Origin: Callorhinchus milii
Lineage: Eukaryota
DNA length: 64,000 nt
Assembly: GCF_018977255.1 (NCBI RefSeq)
Contig: NW_024704743.1
Location: 1,364,001 to 1,428,000, forward strand
Direction: 5' to 3'
Position 1 is the first letter of the stretch. Each line of letters starts with the position of its first letter. Shown piece by piece: positions 1-12,528 of the stretch. The notes beneath the pieces are model-generated. The model had not been told where the DNA came from, did not search any database, and saw only the letters and a program-made list of their open reading frames with translations. A program made the position numbers and the translations under genes.

Positions 1-1123
1 ATGACTGTGCGCAAATCGGAATTCTTTTGCTTGAGTCATTAATTTAGGTCCCGTCTACCTTTTGATTCCGATGGGAGGTAAAGGCACCTTTTTATTCAGG
101 CGGGACGTGGGTCATTGCTGTGTGCAACATGCAGTCACTGCACTTTACGGTTAATACTCCTGTGAAGCTCTTTGAGACACACACACACACATGTGATAAG
201 GCGTTATTTCAAATACCAAGTCTTTTTGCAAAAACCCAATTCACTGTGGTCTTTAGGACGTTGGCGGGAGCAGTTCAGTTGACGCTTTTGCCAATAAAAC
301 AATTTTATTTCCTATTCACAATTTTTACGAAAAGTGATTTGAGAGATTTAGCTTCTCCGTTAAAAAAATAAAAGTTATTATTAACTGCAATAATCTCTTT
401 TGTATAGTTTCACAAGTTAAATGCAGGGCCTGAAGGGTTCTGACCAAATTGTGCCCCTGGTGCTCGCAAGTAATAGACAGGTCTAAGCTAACGCACCAGG
501 GGAAGGGGGAAAAAAACTGTGATACAGAATGCACTTGTCTTCATGTTGTCTGTCACTGGGTGGCAATGCAGACAGGACAGAATCCGAGCAGTTAACAGCA
601 GTTCAGACATATCCTGCATGCAAAAGGTAGCGTTATAGGCAGCCAGGCTCATTCACTCCACCGAGCCATTTCTCCTATAAAGGAACTTAAAAGTTACACA
701 GAATGCTGCGTAGCCACACAGATCCTGCGAGCCGGACTCACTGAAAAATATACCTGTCCATTGCTCCAAAAGGGTGCATGAAAATAACAAATAATTGCAC
801 ACAATTAACTAGTTAAATCCTTGCATTTAATGTATCGCGTCGTTGCGACGTCTCAAAGCGCTTCACAGAACATACTACGGAGTGAATTGACCGTATATTT
901 ATTTTGTGGTCTGTTAACACATAGGCCATTTAGAAGAATCTTTTTGTCTGGGTTTTGTATTGTAGTTCTCACATTACTGTGGAAATAAACCCCAAACTAT
1001 TTAGATGGTGATAATGTACAATTGTTAACGGCGTTTTGACAAAGTTACTTTTGATTTCTCTGCCTTTTCTGCTCCCTTCTTCAGCGCCTATTATTTTAAC
1101 TTTTACATTACGCGTTACAGAGT

Positions 1124-1480
1124 AATAATAGATAATAATAATCCTTACAATTGATACAGCACCGTGCATGTTTAGATAACACTTCAAAGCGCTTCACGGG
1201 ATTTACTGTGAAGCGTAGTGACCATATTTGTAGGCGAATGTGGCAGCGAGTCGTGGATTGAGTGACCAAATTAGTGATATATTTAAATTTTTTCAAAAAA
1301 AGGATTTTTACTCCCAGAAAGCCGTCCGCCAATCGACTAACAACCGGGTTCCTACTCACTGCTGGGTCACCAGAGACGCGTGGAGTGAGGAGACTTGCCT
1401 CACGTTTCACCCAGCCCAGGAATCAAACCCGGATCATCTCGCTTGAGGCGAGTTCTCTAACCAATACTCTACAGGACTCC
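1124..1480 (-). mobile_element. SINE, near full length
   Basis: Reverse complement of the family consensus, from ...ctacaggactcc (head) to (taa)n tail. Confidence 0.88.
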
Positions 1481-1692
1481 ACACTGAGTCAGAACAGGGC
1501 AAAGTGAAAGACCACAACTCCAATCATCTAACACCACCCCCCACCCCTGGACTGGCGCGACCATCAATTTTCAGCTGTGGCAAGTGAATTGGTGCTGGGC
1601 AAATTAAACAGGACGACTGGATTAAATGTCAGCTCACTGCTCTCCATAGGAAGGGACGTCTGCTGTTACTTACAGCTTGGGGTGACTGAGAC

Positions 1693-2010
1693 ACAACAAC
1701 AACAACAAGATTGCATTTATAGAGCGCCTTTCACGTCGGGAGGACGTCCCAAGCCGCTGGACAGTTGGGTCGGGACCCGAGCAGGAGGGGGGGAAATGGT
1801 CAGGGTGAGGGGAGGGAAGGGAGGGAGCGAGGAGGGGTTAGAGAGTCGAGAGGGGAGCTGAAGGCACGGCTGAGGAGAAAGGTCTTGAGACTGGCCTTGA
1901 AGGAGGAAAGCAAGGCGAAGGCACTGGGGGAGATTAAAGCCTGGGGGCTGAGAGGCTGAAAGCCCGGCCACCGATGGTAGGGCGGTTAGGGCGGGAGGTG
2001 AGGAGCAGAC
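1693..2010 (-). mobile_element. L2-clade LINE 3' fragment
   Basis: Translation TIGGRAFSLSAPRL (typical L2 ORF2 end), then a tail ...GGGACGTCCTCCCGACGTGAAAGGCGCTCTATAAATGCAA..(GTT)n. Confidence 0.85.
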
Positions 2011-2258
2011 CAGTGGTCCAGTGAAAACAGGATCCAGCTTTCACAGTCGACAAGACTGCCTTCGAGTCGAGTCGGCTACATTGCTTTACAGCTACGGTAA
2101 ATTCCTCACCGAGGCCGAAACAAAATGGCAGGTTCAGGCCACGTGGCAAGAGTTAGGGAGCAATGATGAGTGGCTTTATGGATGTGAGGACGAATAATGA
2201 ATTCAGACTGAGTGAGTGGTGTGGAACAATGCAATACACCAAGCAAAATGGCATCCGT

Positions 2259-2630
2259 TTAGCGCCTTTCACGTTGGGAGCGCGTCACAAGGTGCTGGAC
2301 AGTCAGTTTGTTGGATTCCTGAGGGATGGGGCCAAGGGTGGGGGACGTTGACCGAAGGCGCAGTCGAAGAGGAAGGTCTTGAGATGGACCTTGAAGGAGG
2401 CAAGGAAAGGGGTCGAAGGCAAATGGCTTCTGGGATGGGGTTCCAGAGCGTGGTGGCAGACAGGTAGCTTGAAGGCCCGATGGTCGGGAGTGGACAGGGC
2501 CGGGGACGTGAAGCAGGCCATAGCCTGCCGACAGGAGGGAGCAGAGGCCGGCGGGTTGGTAGAGTTTAAGAAGGTGTCAGAGGTCGGGTGAGGCAAGAGC
2601 CTGGAGGGGTTTGAAAGGAGGGGAGAAACA
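2259..2630 (-). mobile_element. L2-clade LINE 3' fragment
   Basis: ORF track shows DHRAF...FKVHLKTFLFD, the L2 ORF2 C-terminal motif; L2 tail present. Confidence 0.8.
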
Positions 2631-4945
2631 CGGCAAGAGCATCGGACATACAGCTGCCATGAACCGTACCGAGATGGAATCCGCTGGTGACCATGTCAAC
2701 GGGTCCACAGACATGTTTGGCAACACTATACGGTCCAACAAGTTTGTTTTTTTGTCTGATACGTGCAGAAACCCACCGCCATGTTTAAGAGGTTTGAACA
2801 CTCTTAAACTCGGCGCTGGGTTTCCGTGTGTGTCAAGACACCCGGCTGACTAACAACAACAACAACAACAACAACAAATAGCTGAATCGAATAAAGCAAA
2901 GTTTGTTAAGTTTGCCCTCACTATTCTCTGCATTGGTGTCATCGCTCACTCAAAACTCTCTCCCCATCACTCACAGGCAAAAGGAACGGAAATTTTAGAG
3001 CCCTTTCAGAGATCAGCTTCTGTTTTAACATCCAAAATGTCTTCTTTCCTCCCCGTTAGTTAATTAATGGATTAAAATAAAGTCTCTTTTTCGGTAAGTA
3101 AACACATCTACATGATCACGAAACACAAGAGGAAGTAAAGAACAGAAAAGGATTTGCAATAACAACAACAACAACAAGTGTACATGGGACTGACGTGAGA
3201 CTTGCCGTAATATGACAGATGCAAAAATAAAAATACAGAGAGGTGCCGTTCATCCCAGCTCATTGAGAAAGATGGTGATTAAAGCCCCAAAAATATCATC
3301 AATGCTTCATCCCAACCCGAGACAGAATGAATACACACATGCGCTGGGATATGGAGATGCCCAAGGATGCACTTTATTCTCTCCCCCCCACCCCCCGTGC
3401 CCCCGCACCCCCACCCAAACCCCTCACCCCCATTTTTCTTGGCTTCTTCCCAAGCTCAGGGCATTTCAATAGCAGCGGTTCAACAGTCCAGGGGCTCAAT
3501 TAAAAGTGTGGGTTAAGAAGGCCTCAGTCGATTTGATCTCACCCTTCCAGAATAATAATTATATGATAATCGCTGCATTTGATATAGCGCCTTATCACGT
3601 CTTCAAGACGCCTCAGAGCGCTTCACAGCGGCAAACCTGTGAAATGGACGAACCAGGGAGGAAACGGTGGCGGCGGATTTTACTAGTAGGAGCAGACTGA
3701 CAAGGGAATCAGATCGATTAGGGGGTATGAGAGAGTCGCAAAGGCTTTGATTTGGATGAACTTCAGTGGACTCCGAACATTCCTCTGCAGCGGATAACTT
3801 CCGACACCCCTCCCCGCCGAGTGGAAAGCCACACTATCAATCCTCGTGAGCAGCTGTACGTTAAAAGCAATAAAATCCCGGATCAATAACATGGCTGTTT
3901 CAACAGGAGTGTCCGAGGTTCAGTTCAGTCAGAACTGGGGGCCCAAACGTCAAATATTTACTGCAGGAATTACACCACTACCCCACAAGGCTACCCAGGA
4001 ATGATCCCACTAAATTACACTGTGTGTTTGAGAGAGAGTGGGGGGGGTAAAGGCAACACAATTAATAGGCAGCACTCTCCATCTCGCAGATGTTTAATAA
4101 TAATAATAATCCTTGCATTTGATATCGTGCCTTATCACGTCGTTAAGACGTCTCATTTTGCAAGTATTTGCAATCCCCCCCCCCACACCCACTCTGCTAT
4201 TATTCTCTGGATTAAGGCTGGCATTGGACTTTGGGTGTTCACAGGAACGCACACAAAAAAATTGGGCAAATAGAATTGGGCGATTAGGACAGAAAAGCGA
4301 GAGGATTTGATGAGGAATCTAAAGGGTGCGAGTCAAACCTTATCATCTTAACGGGTGTACATTTTACGGTGTTGTTACTGTATTACTCCCGAAGACTCTG
4401 GAACGCTCTCCCTCAAAGCCCCCGCCTCGTCCCCTTCCACCCCCATCTTCAGGTGCTTGTTACGGGGGTATTTGCTGCTCCTGACATAGCACGTCCTCGT
4501 TACTTTAGTGTTTAGACCGTTTCCAGTGCCTCGATGCTGGAGCTGACACTGTTAAGCCGGAGGGTCAGTGGTGTGACCCGAAGGGATCGGAAGGTGACAG
4601 CTAATGGGGCAGCGACTGAAGCCGATGTGGGTTGGGATCTGACCTTTTCCTTTTTTGGAGTTTTTAAAAGGGCGGCAAGATCAAAAAGCTCGGCCAAGCA
4701 AAACAAAAACACCACACACGCACACACAAGCCCATGCAGCTATCGATGCGAATGAATGGGGGGGGGGGGTTGCAAAAATGCAAGGCTATTTTCCCCCCCG
4801 CCCCCACCCCCAACCCGGGAATGTGTCTGGACGCATTCAAGATGGACGCTGCTTGATGACTGACGTGCGTGGACAACCATCTTTCTGATGAATGGCACCT
4901 CCCTACACGGCGCTGAGAAAACATGAAAGCAAGAGCTGTACTCAC

Positions 4946-5033
4946 ATGAAAAACTGGGAGCCGTTAGTATCTTTTCCTCTGTTTGCCATTGACAACAGGA
5001 ACTCCCTGTCGTGTTTGAGCACAAAGTTCTCAT
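4946..5033 (-). CDS. NKTR: NKTR coding exon ([30 protein letters not shown]); later exons were not found and presumably lie left of the window
   Basis: 88 nt, gacag|ATGAGAAC...TTCAT|gtgag; LSMANRG.TNGSQFF cyclophilin motif. Confidence 0.97.
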
Positions 5034-5267
5034 CTGTCCAAGAAAGGAGTAGTTGGGTCAGTCGAGAAAGGCGCTACCAGGGAGCACTTTATCTTGAACA
5101 CTTGGCAATTGCACCAACAACAGAGTAACAGCCTTGCTCTAGGCCTCACCGCAGCTTAAACACGACAATAACGTGTCTAGAAAGGGACACAGGCTTCAAA
5201 TTCCTTTACATTATCATTACCGATAATAATGCACTAATGCTCCTAGATGAGCAATTTAATTTTCGGC

Positions 5268-5655
5268 TGCGTGTCTGTGTGTGTCTGTGTGTGTGCGTTT
5301 GGGGGGGATGTGGGGGGGGGGGGGGTCGGGGGGGGGGGAAATGTGTACGCCTGTGTGCGTGTGTGGTGGTGTGTACGTGCGTGTTTTTGCGTGTGGAAGG
5401 GTGGTGGGCGTTCATGTCTGTTTGTGTATGTGCACGTCTGTGTGTGCCTGTATGTCCGTGTGGGGGGGGGGGGGGCGAAGGCGTATGCGTTTTTGAACGT
5501 CTGCGTGTGCGCATATCCGCGTATGTGCGTAACTGTGCACGTGTGCACAGCTGACGCGTGCGCAAATCCGTGCGTGTGCACATCTGCGTGTGCGCGCGCG
5601 CGCCTGTGAGCGCGTGTAAGTGTGCGTGTGTGTGTGTGTCTCTCTGGGTGTGCGT
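5268..5655. repeat. Degenerate (GT)n microsatellite with poly-G runs; similar tracts at about 16220-16350 and 19540-19730
   Basis: Visible simple-sequence repeats. Confidence 0.9.
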
Positions 5656-5764
5656 ATGCTTCGTTTTGAAGTCTGGCAAGCAATAAAAGAAAAAAAAATC
5701 AGACCATATAACTCCATCAACTCTGCCGATAAAGGTACTTGCTTGGGAGGGTGCAAGGAGAGGG

Positions 5765-5795
<31 letters not shown>

Positions 5796-5858
5796 GGGGG
5801 GGGGGTGGGGGGGGGGTGTTTTTTTTTAATTGTGTTACTTAGCTTTTTTTTCTCTTAC

Positions 5859-5886
5859 CTTTTCATTTTGCAAAAGATCACATTCT
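5859..5886 (-). other. NKTR: 28-nt alternative (poison) cassette exon of NKTR
   Basis: catattcttttatttatag|AGAATGTGATCTTTTGCAAAATGAAAAG|gtaagag: good acceptor and donor. Inclusion gives ...YFE-ENVIFCKMKR-stop, with the TGA at the start of the next exon. Confidence 0.85.
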
Positions 5887-6148
5887 CTATAAATAAAAGA
5901 ATATGTTGAAAGTTTTAGGCAGGACGATAGGTTTTCTCATGAATAAATTGCCTAGCCTCCATGCTGCAAGTTGCAAGTTTTTTAACTGCATAATAATTTA
6001 CCTCTTTTTTTTTTCTTTTATAAATTTTTTTTCTCATAAATCCACAACTTTTTTTTTTTCTCTTTCTCCCTCTCTCTCTCTCTCTCGCTCTCTCTCTCGC
6101 TCTCTCGTAGTTACCAGTGAACAAGCTAAGAAATGATTAGCCCAAATT

Positions 6149-6196
6149 CATGCATCTACTTTGTGCATGCAACAATCCAAGCACTAGCTACATGCA
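6149..6196 (-). promoter_or_regulatory. Cluster of three UGCAUG (Rbfox-type) motifs upstream of the poison exon
   Basis: catgca on + at 6149-6154, 6166-6171 and 6191-6196, i.e. TGCATG in NKTR sense; about 260-310 nt upstream of the 28-nt exon. Confidence 0.55.
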
Positions 6197-6347
6197 ACAG
6201 GTGAGGGAATTAAAAGCAATACTATTCACGTATTGTTAGATGGGGTGGGGGGGGGGGGTGGGGTGGGGTGGGGGGTAAGATTTCTATTCAACAAGTAAAA
6301 CAGAACGAGATCAAGGTTGGGCCTTTAGATTTCGACAGAAGTCCTAC

Positions 6348-6392
6348 CTTCAAAGTATCCGCCGTAAATAGATTCTCCTCCTCGTCCATTAC
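6348..6392 (-). CDS. NKTR: NKTR coding exon (GNGRGGESIYGGYFE/D)
   Basis: 45 nt, cttag|GTAATGGA...TTTGAAG|gtagg; in frame. Confidence 0.96.
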
Positions 6393-6659
6393 CTAAGAAC
6401 CACAAGTGTGTAAGTACACCAGGTTCCAAACTGGACCCCGTGCAACGCGTCAAACATTAAAGTGCAGGATTCCTGCCCCTTCCGTCGAGCACACGTCCCG
6501 CAGCGTTTCACGAGTGTACGGCGGCTCCAGTCGCAGTGAACTGCGTGCGCTTGCAGGCACTCGCGGCAGGCCCGCACCACCAGCGTCAACCACAACAGCT
6601 TGCAGTCTCGTCGTTGGGAGCCCCCGTCTCTTCTCGAACTTCACCGCGGGGAGCCTTGA

Positions 6660-7015
6660 TAACAATCATCCTCGCATTTTCGTGCAGCGCCTTATCACGT
6701 CGCCGAGACGTCTCAAAGCGCTTCGCGGGACACGCCGTAAAGTGAATCGGCTGCGCGTGTGTTTTGTGGGCGAAAGGCGGCAGCCGATTGCGCACGGCAG
6801 CGTCCCCACAAACAGCCGTGGGTTGAAGCGACCAAATTATTATTTATTTTTTAGAAAGAATTATTAACTCCCAAAAAGTGATCTACCAATCAACTAACAA
6901 CTGACAACTTACTGCTGGGTAACGAGGTGTGGGAGGAGGAAGGAAACTTGTCTAAGATTTCGTCCTGCACCACCCCCCCACCCACCACGCCCCGCACCGG
7001 GAATCAACCCACAAA
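6660..7015 (-). mobile_element. SINE, head degraded
   Basis: Tail, Deu-like block and body match the family. Confidence 0.82.
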
Positions 7016-7396
7016 CGGGCTTAACCACAACAGGCAGATGAGACCCGGGTTTAAGGGGCTCATCTTAGTGCCGTCAACGCAAGGTCCCAGCCCTGCACTC
7101 GAGTGTCAGTCTGGAACTTTTAAAGCCTTGACGCCGAGTCTCTACGAATAACCTTCTGTGTGAGTGTGTCTGTGTGTGTGTCTCTCTCTCTCTTCTGTGT
7201 GTGTGGAAGTGCTATGAGCCCAAACTGAGAAGGCTTTACGCTAGGATCACCTTTTGACAGTGCAAACACTCTCACGCACACATGCAAACAATAGTCTAAT
7301 CAAAGTTATATCAAGGCAGTAATCCACTTGGCTCCCTAGCGCTGTGAGATGACTTGATACCGCTTTGATCATGAACACAGATGATATTCTTCCCAC

Positions 7397-7504
7397 CTTC
7401 GCTGAAGTCACCACCTTGGATCATGAATTCTTTTACAATGCGATGGAAAGTGGAGCCCTTATAACAAAGCTGCTTTCGAGTTCTTTTTCCCAATCCTTTT
7501 TCAC
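7397..7504 (-). CDS. NKTR: NKTR coding exon ([37 protein letters not shown])
   Basis: 108 nt, tgcag|GTGAA...GAAG|gtggg. Contains the catalytic [11 protein letters not shown] cyclophilin motif. GLGK..LCYKGST fits NKTR better than its paralogue PPIG, and SEC22C is adjacent. Confidence 0.97.
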
Positions 7505-8179
7505 CTGCAAGAGACAAACCTTAGTTCAGCAGCAGTAATAATAATTCCTATGCTTGCATTTAATACAGCGCCCTATCACGTCTTCGATAGGATAATAATA
7601 ATAATAATCCTTGTATTTGATACCGCGCCTTATCATGTCTCAAAGCGCCTCACAGGATACCCCTGTAACGTGAATTGATTGTATATTTTATGGGCGAAAT
7701 GCAGCTCTCCCTTTAACACGGTGAACAAGATTCATACAGAAAGCGATGCACGGAAGGGTTCCTCGTACCGATGGCTTATATGCACGGCCTGATCGAGCTG
7801 CAGGACAAGTGTTGGGATTTTTGTTCCAACGCACAAGGCATTGATAAGGATACATCATGTACCACCAACACGCGGCAGTTGACATCTCAAGAGGTAAATG
7901 GTCATGCGAAATCACAATGACAACAAGCAACGTAACCCCCCCTCTCCCCGTACCTTCCCTCCCGCACCCCACCCCCTTGAAGTGCCGTGCGGGACAGAAA
8001 ACTTTGTCGCTAACTTTTGTGAGCTCATCTGCCCCTTTTGATGAGTGAGAAGAGAAGAGGTACAGCAATGTTTATCCGGACTGGTTATTGTTACATCATC
8101 ACCCAACAGGACGAGAAGTTTAACATTCCTCAAAGGGGACGCCTGGACAGGCCGAGATTCCAGCAGAATTTTGCATGAA

Positions 8180-8546
8180 TAAAATAATAATAATCCTTAC
8201 ATTTGACACAGCGCCCGATCACGTCTTCGAGACGTCTCAAAGCGCTTCACGGGATAACACTGCAAAGTGAATCGACTGTGTTTTGTGGGCGAAACGCGGC
8301 AGCCGATGGCACACAGCGGCGTTCCCCCACAAACAGCCGCGGGTTGAGTGACCAATTTTTAAAAAAAATTAGGTGGGGGAAGATTTTTACCCACGAAAAG
8401 CCATTGCCAATCAACTGACAACCGGGTTCCTACTGCGTGTGTGTGTGTGTGTGGAGTAATTAAACTTGCCCAACTTTTCGCCCGGGAATCGGACCCAGGT
8501 CCTCTCGCTTGCGAGGCGAGTGCTCTAACCCACTGAGCTACAGGAC
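8180..8546 (-). mobile_element. SINE, full length
   Basis: Complete head-body-tail match. Confidence 0.9.
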
Positions 8547-8824
8547 GACTTATAGGTAGAAATTGGGTGAACTGTCCGCGTTAAGGTTTAAAGTGGGGAG
8601 ACCCGGGGACTTTGGCAGCAGTCAATCTCTACCTTTCGTGATGGGGGCAGTTTAGGCAGTTTCTCAGCTAAACCGCTAGATGGAGCATTGCCCACTGGCT
8701 TAGCACAAGAGAGCGACGCCGGGGAAGATAAAAGAGGAAAGGAAAGGGTCCGGGAAGGGGGGCAGAAAGAGACGATGAGGGGGGAGGGAGGAGAAGGAAC
8801 AAAAGGGTTGATTCGGTATCCGAT

Positions 8825-9226
8825 GGAGCTCAGTGGTTGGAGCGTTCGCCTCGCGAGCGAGAGGACCGGGTTCGGTTCCCGGTCAGGTCGGGGCGAAACG
8901 TTGGGCAAGTTTCCTCACTCCACACTCACACACACACACACACACATGCGCCTCTGTTTACCGGCAGTCAGTAGGAACCCGGTTGTTAGTCGATTGGCGG
9001 ATCGCTTTTCCGGGGGTAATAATCTCTTCAAAAAAAAATATAATCATAATTTGGTCACTTCAATCCACGGCTGTTTGCGGGGACGCTGCCGTGCGCAATT
9101 GGCCGCCGCGTTTCGCCCAAAGTCAGCTCAGTATATTGAACAGCAATGTATCCGGTGAAGCGCTTTGAGAGGTCTCGAAGACGCGATAAGGCGCTGTATC
9201 AAACGCCAGGATTATTATTATTATTA
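8825..9226 (+). mobile_element. SINE, full length, inverted relative to 8180-8546
   Basis: gctcagtggttggagcgttcgcctcgcgagcgagaggaccgggttcggttccc ... ggattattattattatta. Confidence 0.9.
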
Positions 9227-9367
9227 CCCGCCTGAGAGAGATTTGTGCGTTTTTTTTTTAAAACGTGTTCAGCAAAAGGGGCCAAGTGATTTTTTTGTCC
9301 CCGACGGTAGCAAGATAGCGCAGACGCCATCCGCACTCAACAGCGCAGTGCAGTCTCGTTTACCTAC

Positions 9368-9442
9368 CTGTGCAAAGAAAGAGGAAGTTTTTACAGGTCT
9401 TGGGGCAGACATCTGAGAACAATTCAAAAACAATGCGGCCCA
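9368..9442 (-). CDS. NKTR: NKTR coding exon ([26 protein letters not shown])
   Basis: 75 nt, cttacag|TGGGC...GCACAG|gtagg. Continues the frame of the previous exon; cyclophilin [13 protein letters not shown] motif. Confidence 0.96.
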
Positions 9443-12400
9443 CTGTAAGAGATGGAGAAGTGAGTGATCATTCCAGGGTTTCCACAATCGCATGTAAATA
9501 TATGCAGCTCGAATCCATCTGCCAGCGTGTCGCCAGAGCCACGGGTAACCTGTTAATAAATGCTAACGGAAAAACCCGTCGGAGTTGTTGGAGAATTAGC
9601 ACATAACCCACGTCTGAAAAAGCTTTTCCTCCAAGGACTGTGGTTTATCCACCAGCTCAGTCTCACATCCTGCCCGCGTCGAATTCACTGCAGCTTAGGA
9701 ATGGACAGGGACGTCAAAATATCAAACCCACTCAAAAACAGAACGCACGTTATTAACAGGCTCTCGTTTTTTTTATATATGTGCGTGGCTCCTGACGGAG
9801 TCTTTCTGATCTCAGCGGGACAGCCTGGCGCGCGTTTCCACCGCGCGTCAAACAATACACAGCGTTTTCGCAATTTTACAGAATATTGTACCAGGAAAAC
9901 GGAAAAATAAGCTTTTAAGTCACGTAAAAAGAACAACAACTTGCTTTTACGTAGCGCCCTTCATGCAGGATAGCGTCTCGGAGCGCTGATATACAATACA
10001 ATATTTACACAGCCCCTTTCACGTTGGGAGGATGTCCCAAGGCGCTGGACAGTCGGGGATTTGGACCCGAGCTGGGGGTTGGGGTAAGAGAGGCTGGAGG
10101 GCAGGGAGGGTGACCGAAGGCTCGGTTGGAAGAGGGGGGTCCTGAGGCGTGCCTTGAAGGATGAAAGGGAGGGAGCGAGGCCAAGGGAATGTGGGATGGA
10201 GTTCCACAGGATGGATATGGGAACAGAGATGGCCGTTCAACCTGTGAACGCTGCTCCGCCATTCCTTTAGATCATCAGCGAGTGATTTATCTGTTTTTAA
10301 TACCGTTTTGCCTGCCCTTTCTCCACACTCCCTGACTGCGGCCTCTTGAAACACCCCACCGTCTCTGCACTAACAGTCCTTTAAACCAAGTGATTTCCCC
10401 ACTCCCACCATCCTGAGCGAGGAAATATCAACCCCAACCTCGGTTTTCTTCTCAAAGAAATTTGCGCGCAAAGCTTCGCGCCAAACAACCACTCTTATTG
10501 ATTTATACAGCGCCGTTCACACCAGGCCGTGCGGCCCAGAGGGCTCGTGCGTTGCACATATCGTCGGAGGTGCCGCCTGCAGGTGAGACGTTAAACCGAC
10601 GCCTCACCTGCCTGTTCAGGTGGACGTTAAAGACCCCGCGGCTGTTTGTGGGGACGCTGCTGGGCGCAAATCGGCTGCCGCCTTTCGCCCGCAGAACACA
10701 CAGGCAATTCGCTTTACGATACAGCCTGCGGAGTTCCTTTGAGACGCCTCGATGACGTGACGGGGGCGCCACATCAACTGCGCAGGTTGTTACCGTCACC
10801 GTGAGGAAGAACGGCAGCGAACCAACAAAGGGAGGGTGAAGAGGAGCCCCGGGGCTTTGGAGAAGAGAAAAAATAGAGGAACTCTCAAAAGGGCATTAAA
10901 ATATTGCAGACCAGAAATAATAACTAACAACAACAATCCTCGCCTTTGATGCAGCGCCTTGGCACGGACTTCGAGACGTCTCAAAGCGCTTCACGGGATA
11001 CGCTGTAAAGCGAGTTGACTTAGTCTACTGCGTGGGCGAAACACATGCGCGTGCGAGAGAGAAATTAAAATGATGCAGCTTCCCATCTGCGTAGCTCGAT
11101 TCGACCTTCCTGTGATTAACGAGAGCCTTTTTTTTTTCGCGCGCGAGTTGTCTTCGGGTTAACAGTAAAGCACAACCTTCGATGGTTTTTCCCAGGACGG
11201 TTTAATTCCCGGCTCTAAACCAACACAATGCCGGAGCAGGCTCCACGTCTAGAGGGATATCATTAGCCTCGAGCTGCATTTTCCTTGGACCGGACCGGGG
11301 CTGATCATCTCTCTGATCTTTTCGGCTTCTGGTCCCCGTTTCCGTGGTAACCAGCTCGTGTCCCCCCCCCCTCAGTCGGGGGAGTGTGAGGTAGAAGAAT
11401 AGGAACTCCCGATTTAGACATTCGGTGCTTTAATTCATTCAAATCGTCTAATCCAAAAGCGTGGCCCGCAAAAGCAGTAAGTCATTGAGTAACATGTGAA
11501 TTTGTGAGCATCGAGAGTCTTCCTTCGGGTTAAAAAAAAAATCACTCATGAATGCCATCGCTTTGTGAGGAAAAGGCTTCCAGGTGACACTGTCTAATCG
11601 CGAGCTCTGGCACAAACTCCTTAGGGTCAGAGAAGAGCGGATGACGCGCCAGCCTACAGGATTTTAAGCGGAACAGACACAAGCAAACGTTGCAACCAAA
11701 CCCCCCCCCCCCCACCCCGTATAAAATGTTACGCTGGTCTCATCAGTTAAATAAGGAATGCTGGACGAAAAAAGATCAAGCAAGGTCCATCTAGTTGGCC
11801 CTTCCACCTTCCTGGCGGATGCACGCACATGTGCCCTGAACTACCCACGCCACGTACTATATATCCCATAATGTTATTTCCACGACTTGTGGGACACTGC
11901 TGTGGGCGGCTGGCTGGCTGTGTTTCACCCAAACCCCCCCAAAAAAACCAGTCACTTCACTTTACAGTCTATCCTGTGAAGCGCTTTGAGACGTCCCAAC
12001 CACGCAATGAGGCACTATATCAAATGCGAGGATTATTATTATTTCTCTGTCCGCCAGAGACGATAAGCAAATTCTCCACAATATTAACCCACCCTCATGT
12101 TGCTAGTATTTGGCGGTGTGTTGTTCATAGCATAAGAGGACAAATCATGATAATTACAGAAGAGGAGGCGTTTTTTGGCTCATCGAGTCTAGACTGGTGT
12201 TAGCTCACCCATCAAAGCTAATGGCTTCAACTCAATGCCTTGCCCTCTCCCCTGAACCCTTCATAGCCCTCTTCAAACGCTTATCCAGATCCCTTTTAAA
12301 TATTGTTAATAGTCTCAGCTGCAAACAGGCACTTGTAGAAGCATTCCATATTCATAACCTTGTATTCCTCTTCAAATACTTCAAACCGATCGTCTTTTCA

Positions 12401-12528
12401 AACGTTACGCGGTCTCGGCGTCGATCGACAGCACGGCCCCGGGAGCGAAATGTCGCTTTGCTAAAGAAAGCTCTCTGCTTTCCCAACTGGAGCGTTAATG
12501 GGGAGAGAGAGAGAACCCTAAAACTCAT

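Noticed and set aside
5206..5756. His/Thr- or Cys/Val-rich ORFs (also ~16165-16402 and ~19464-19803)
   Set aside because: Products of (CA/GT)n microsatellites.
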